Assembly: GCA_043228905.1 (NCBI GenBank)
Contig: JBHGNT010000009.1
Location: 6,820,001-6,884,000 of the forward strand
Origin: Azolla caroliniana
Taxonomy: Eukaryota > Plantae > Polypodiophyta
Reading direction: 5' to 3'
DNA length: 64,000 nt
Under the pieces are notes generated by a model. That model was not told the origin of the DNA. It ran no database searches and saw only the letters and a program-made list of their open reading frames with translations. Below, in pieces: positions 63,501 to 64,000 of the stretch. The translations under genes were made by a program, and so were the position numbers. The first letter of the stretch is position 1, and the number at the start of each line of letters is the position of its first letter.

Positions 63501-63743
63501 AAAAAAATCCATCTCTAATAACTTTTGAATGTGAATTAAATGTTTCTTTTCTGTTCTTACCGGAAAAGACGAGCAAATCTCAGCCATTGCAAATCCTACG
63601 AACCATGTGAAGAAAGTGACGATAACCCAACCCCATACCACACCCACAGGGCCAGCATATGCAAAGCTAGATCCATAAAGTGGTGTGATTCCAGTAAAAA
63701 GGGTCATTGTTGAGAAACTGATAGCCAATGTCTTGAACAATGT
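60526..63743 (-). CDS. Amino-acid permease, BAT1/GABA-permease-like (APC superfamily); six exons seen, first exon lies beyond the window end
   Basis: Spliced motifs TLFKTLAISFSTMTLFTGITPLYG..AGP, AMAEICSSFP|TTGSLYFWAAHLAGPKWGPFASW, QYSLYGYDAAAHLTEETKGADKNGPIAI, TSAARV|VYALSRDGGIP, TFNYAPIALG, ARKWFKGPVRNI. Stop codon at 60526. Confidence 0.93.
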
Positions 63744-64000
63744 CTGAAATTTTATTATAAATATATGCAAATTAATTACTTAAATCATCATCATAAAAAT
63801 AAATAGCATCAAAGACTAGATGAAGCAAGTATTAAACAAAGGAGATCAGAAAAAATAGGTCATTATTGAGAAACGAATAGCCAAAGTCCTGAAAATGTAT
63901 GTATACATAGATCATCATCATAATCATCATCATCAAACGAAACGAAGAACGATGTTGAGGATTATGGCTAGAGGAAGCAGGGAAGAAAAACAGATAAGAG

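Overview
AT-rich eukaryotic nuclear DNA from a land plant. Spliceosomal introns, plant gene families and dense (AG)n/(AC)n microsatellites are seen directly; a non-seed, fern-like origin is only my inference. Most entries in the ORF track are exon fragments or spurious. Five spliced host genes are supported: the 3' end of a G-patch protein (+), an atypical INDETERMINATE-DOMAIN (IDD) zinc-finger gene (+), a TauE/SafE sulfite-exporter family gene (+), a GH35 beta-galactosidase (+), and a 5'-incomplete BAT1-like amino-acid permease (-). Intergenic DNA holds decayed LINEs, Ty1/copia pieces, tRNA-derived SINE heads, a hAT-type MITE and many tandem repeats. Four things stand out. (1) A 3.0-kb element bounded by terminal inverted repeats carries a 1.6-kb array of nested palindromic modules whose asymmetric core occurs in both orientations. 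(2) Three copies of one LINE family all start at (CT)n microsatellites. (3) The IDD gene lacks its first zinc finger, carries hexameric TTAGGG-type repeats in an intron and an exon, and has a strong hairpin just after the stop codon. (4) The beta-galactosidase has several substitutions at otherwise conserved residues near the active site. All calls were made by eye, without database searches.
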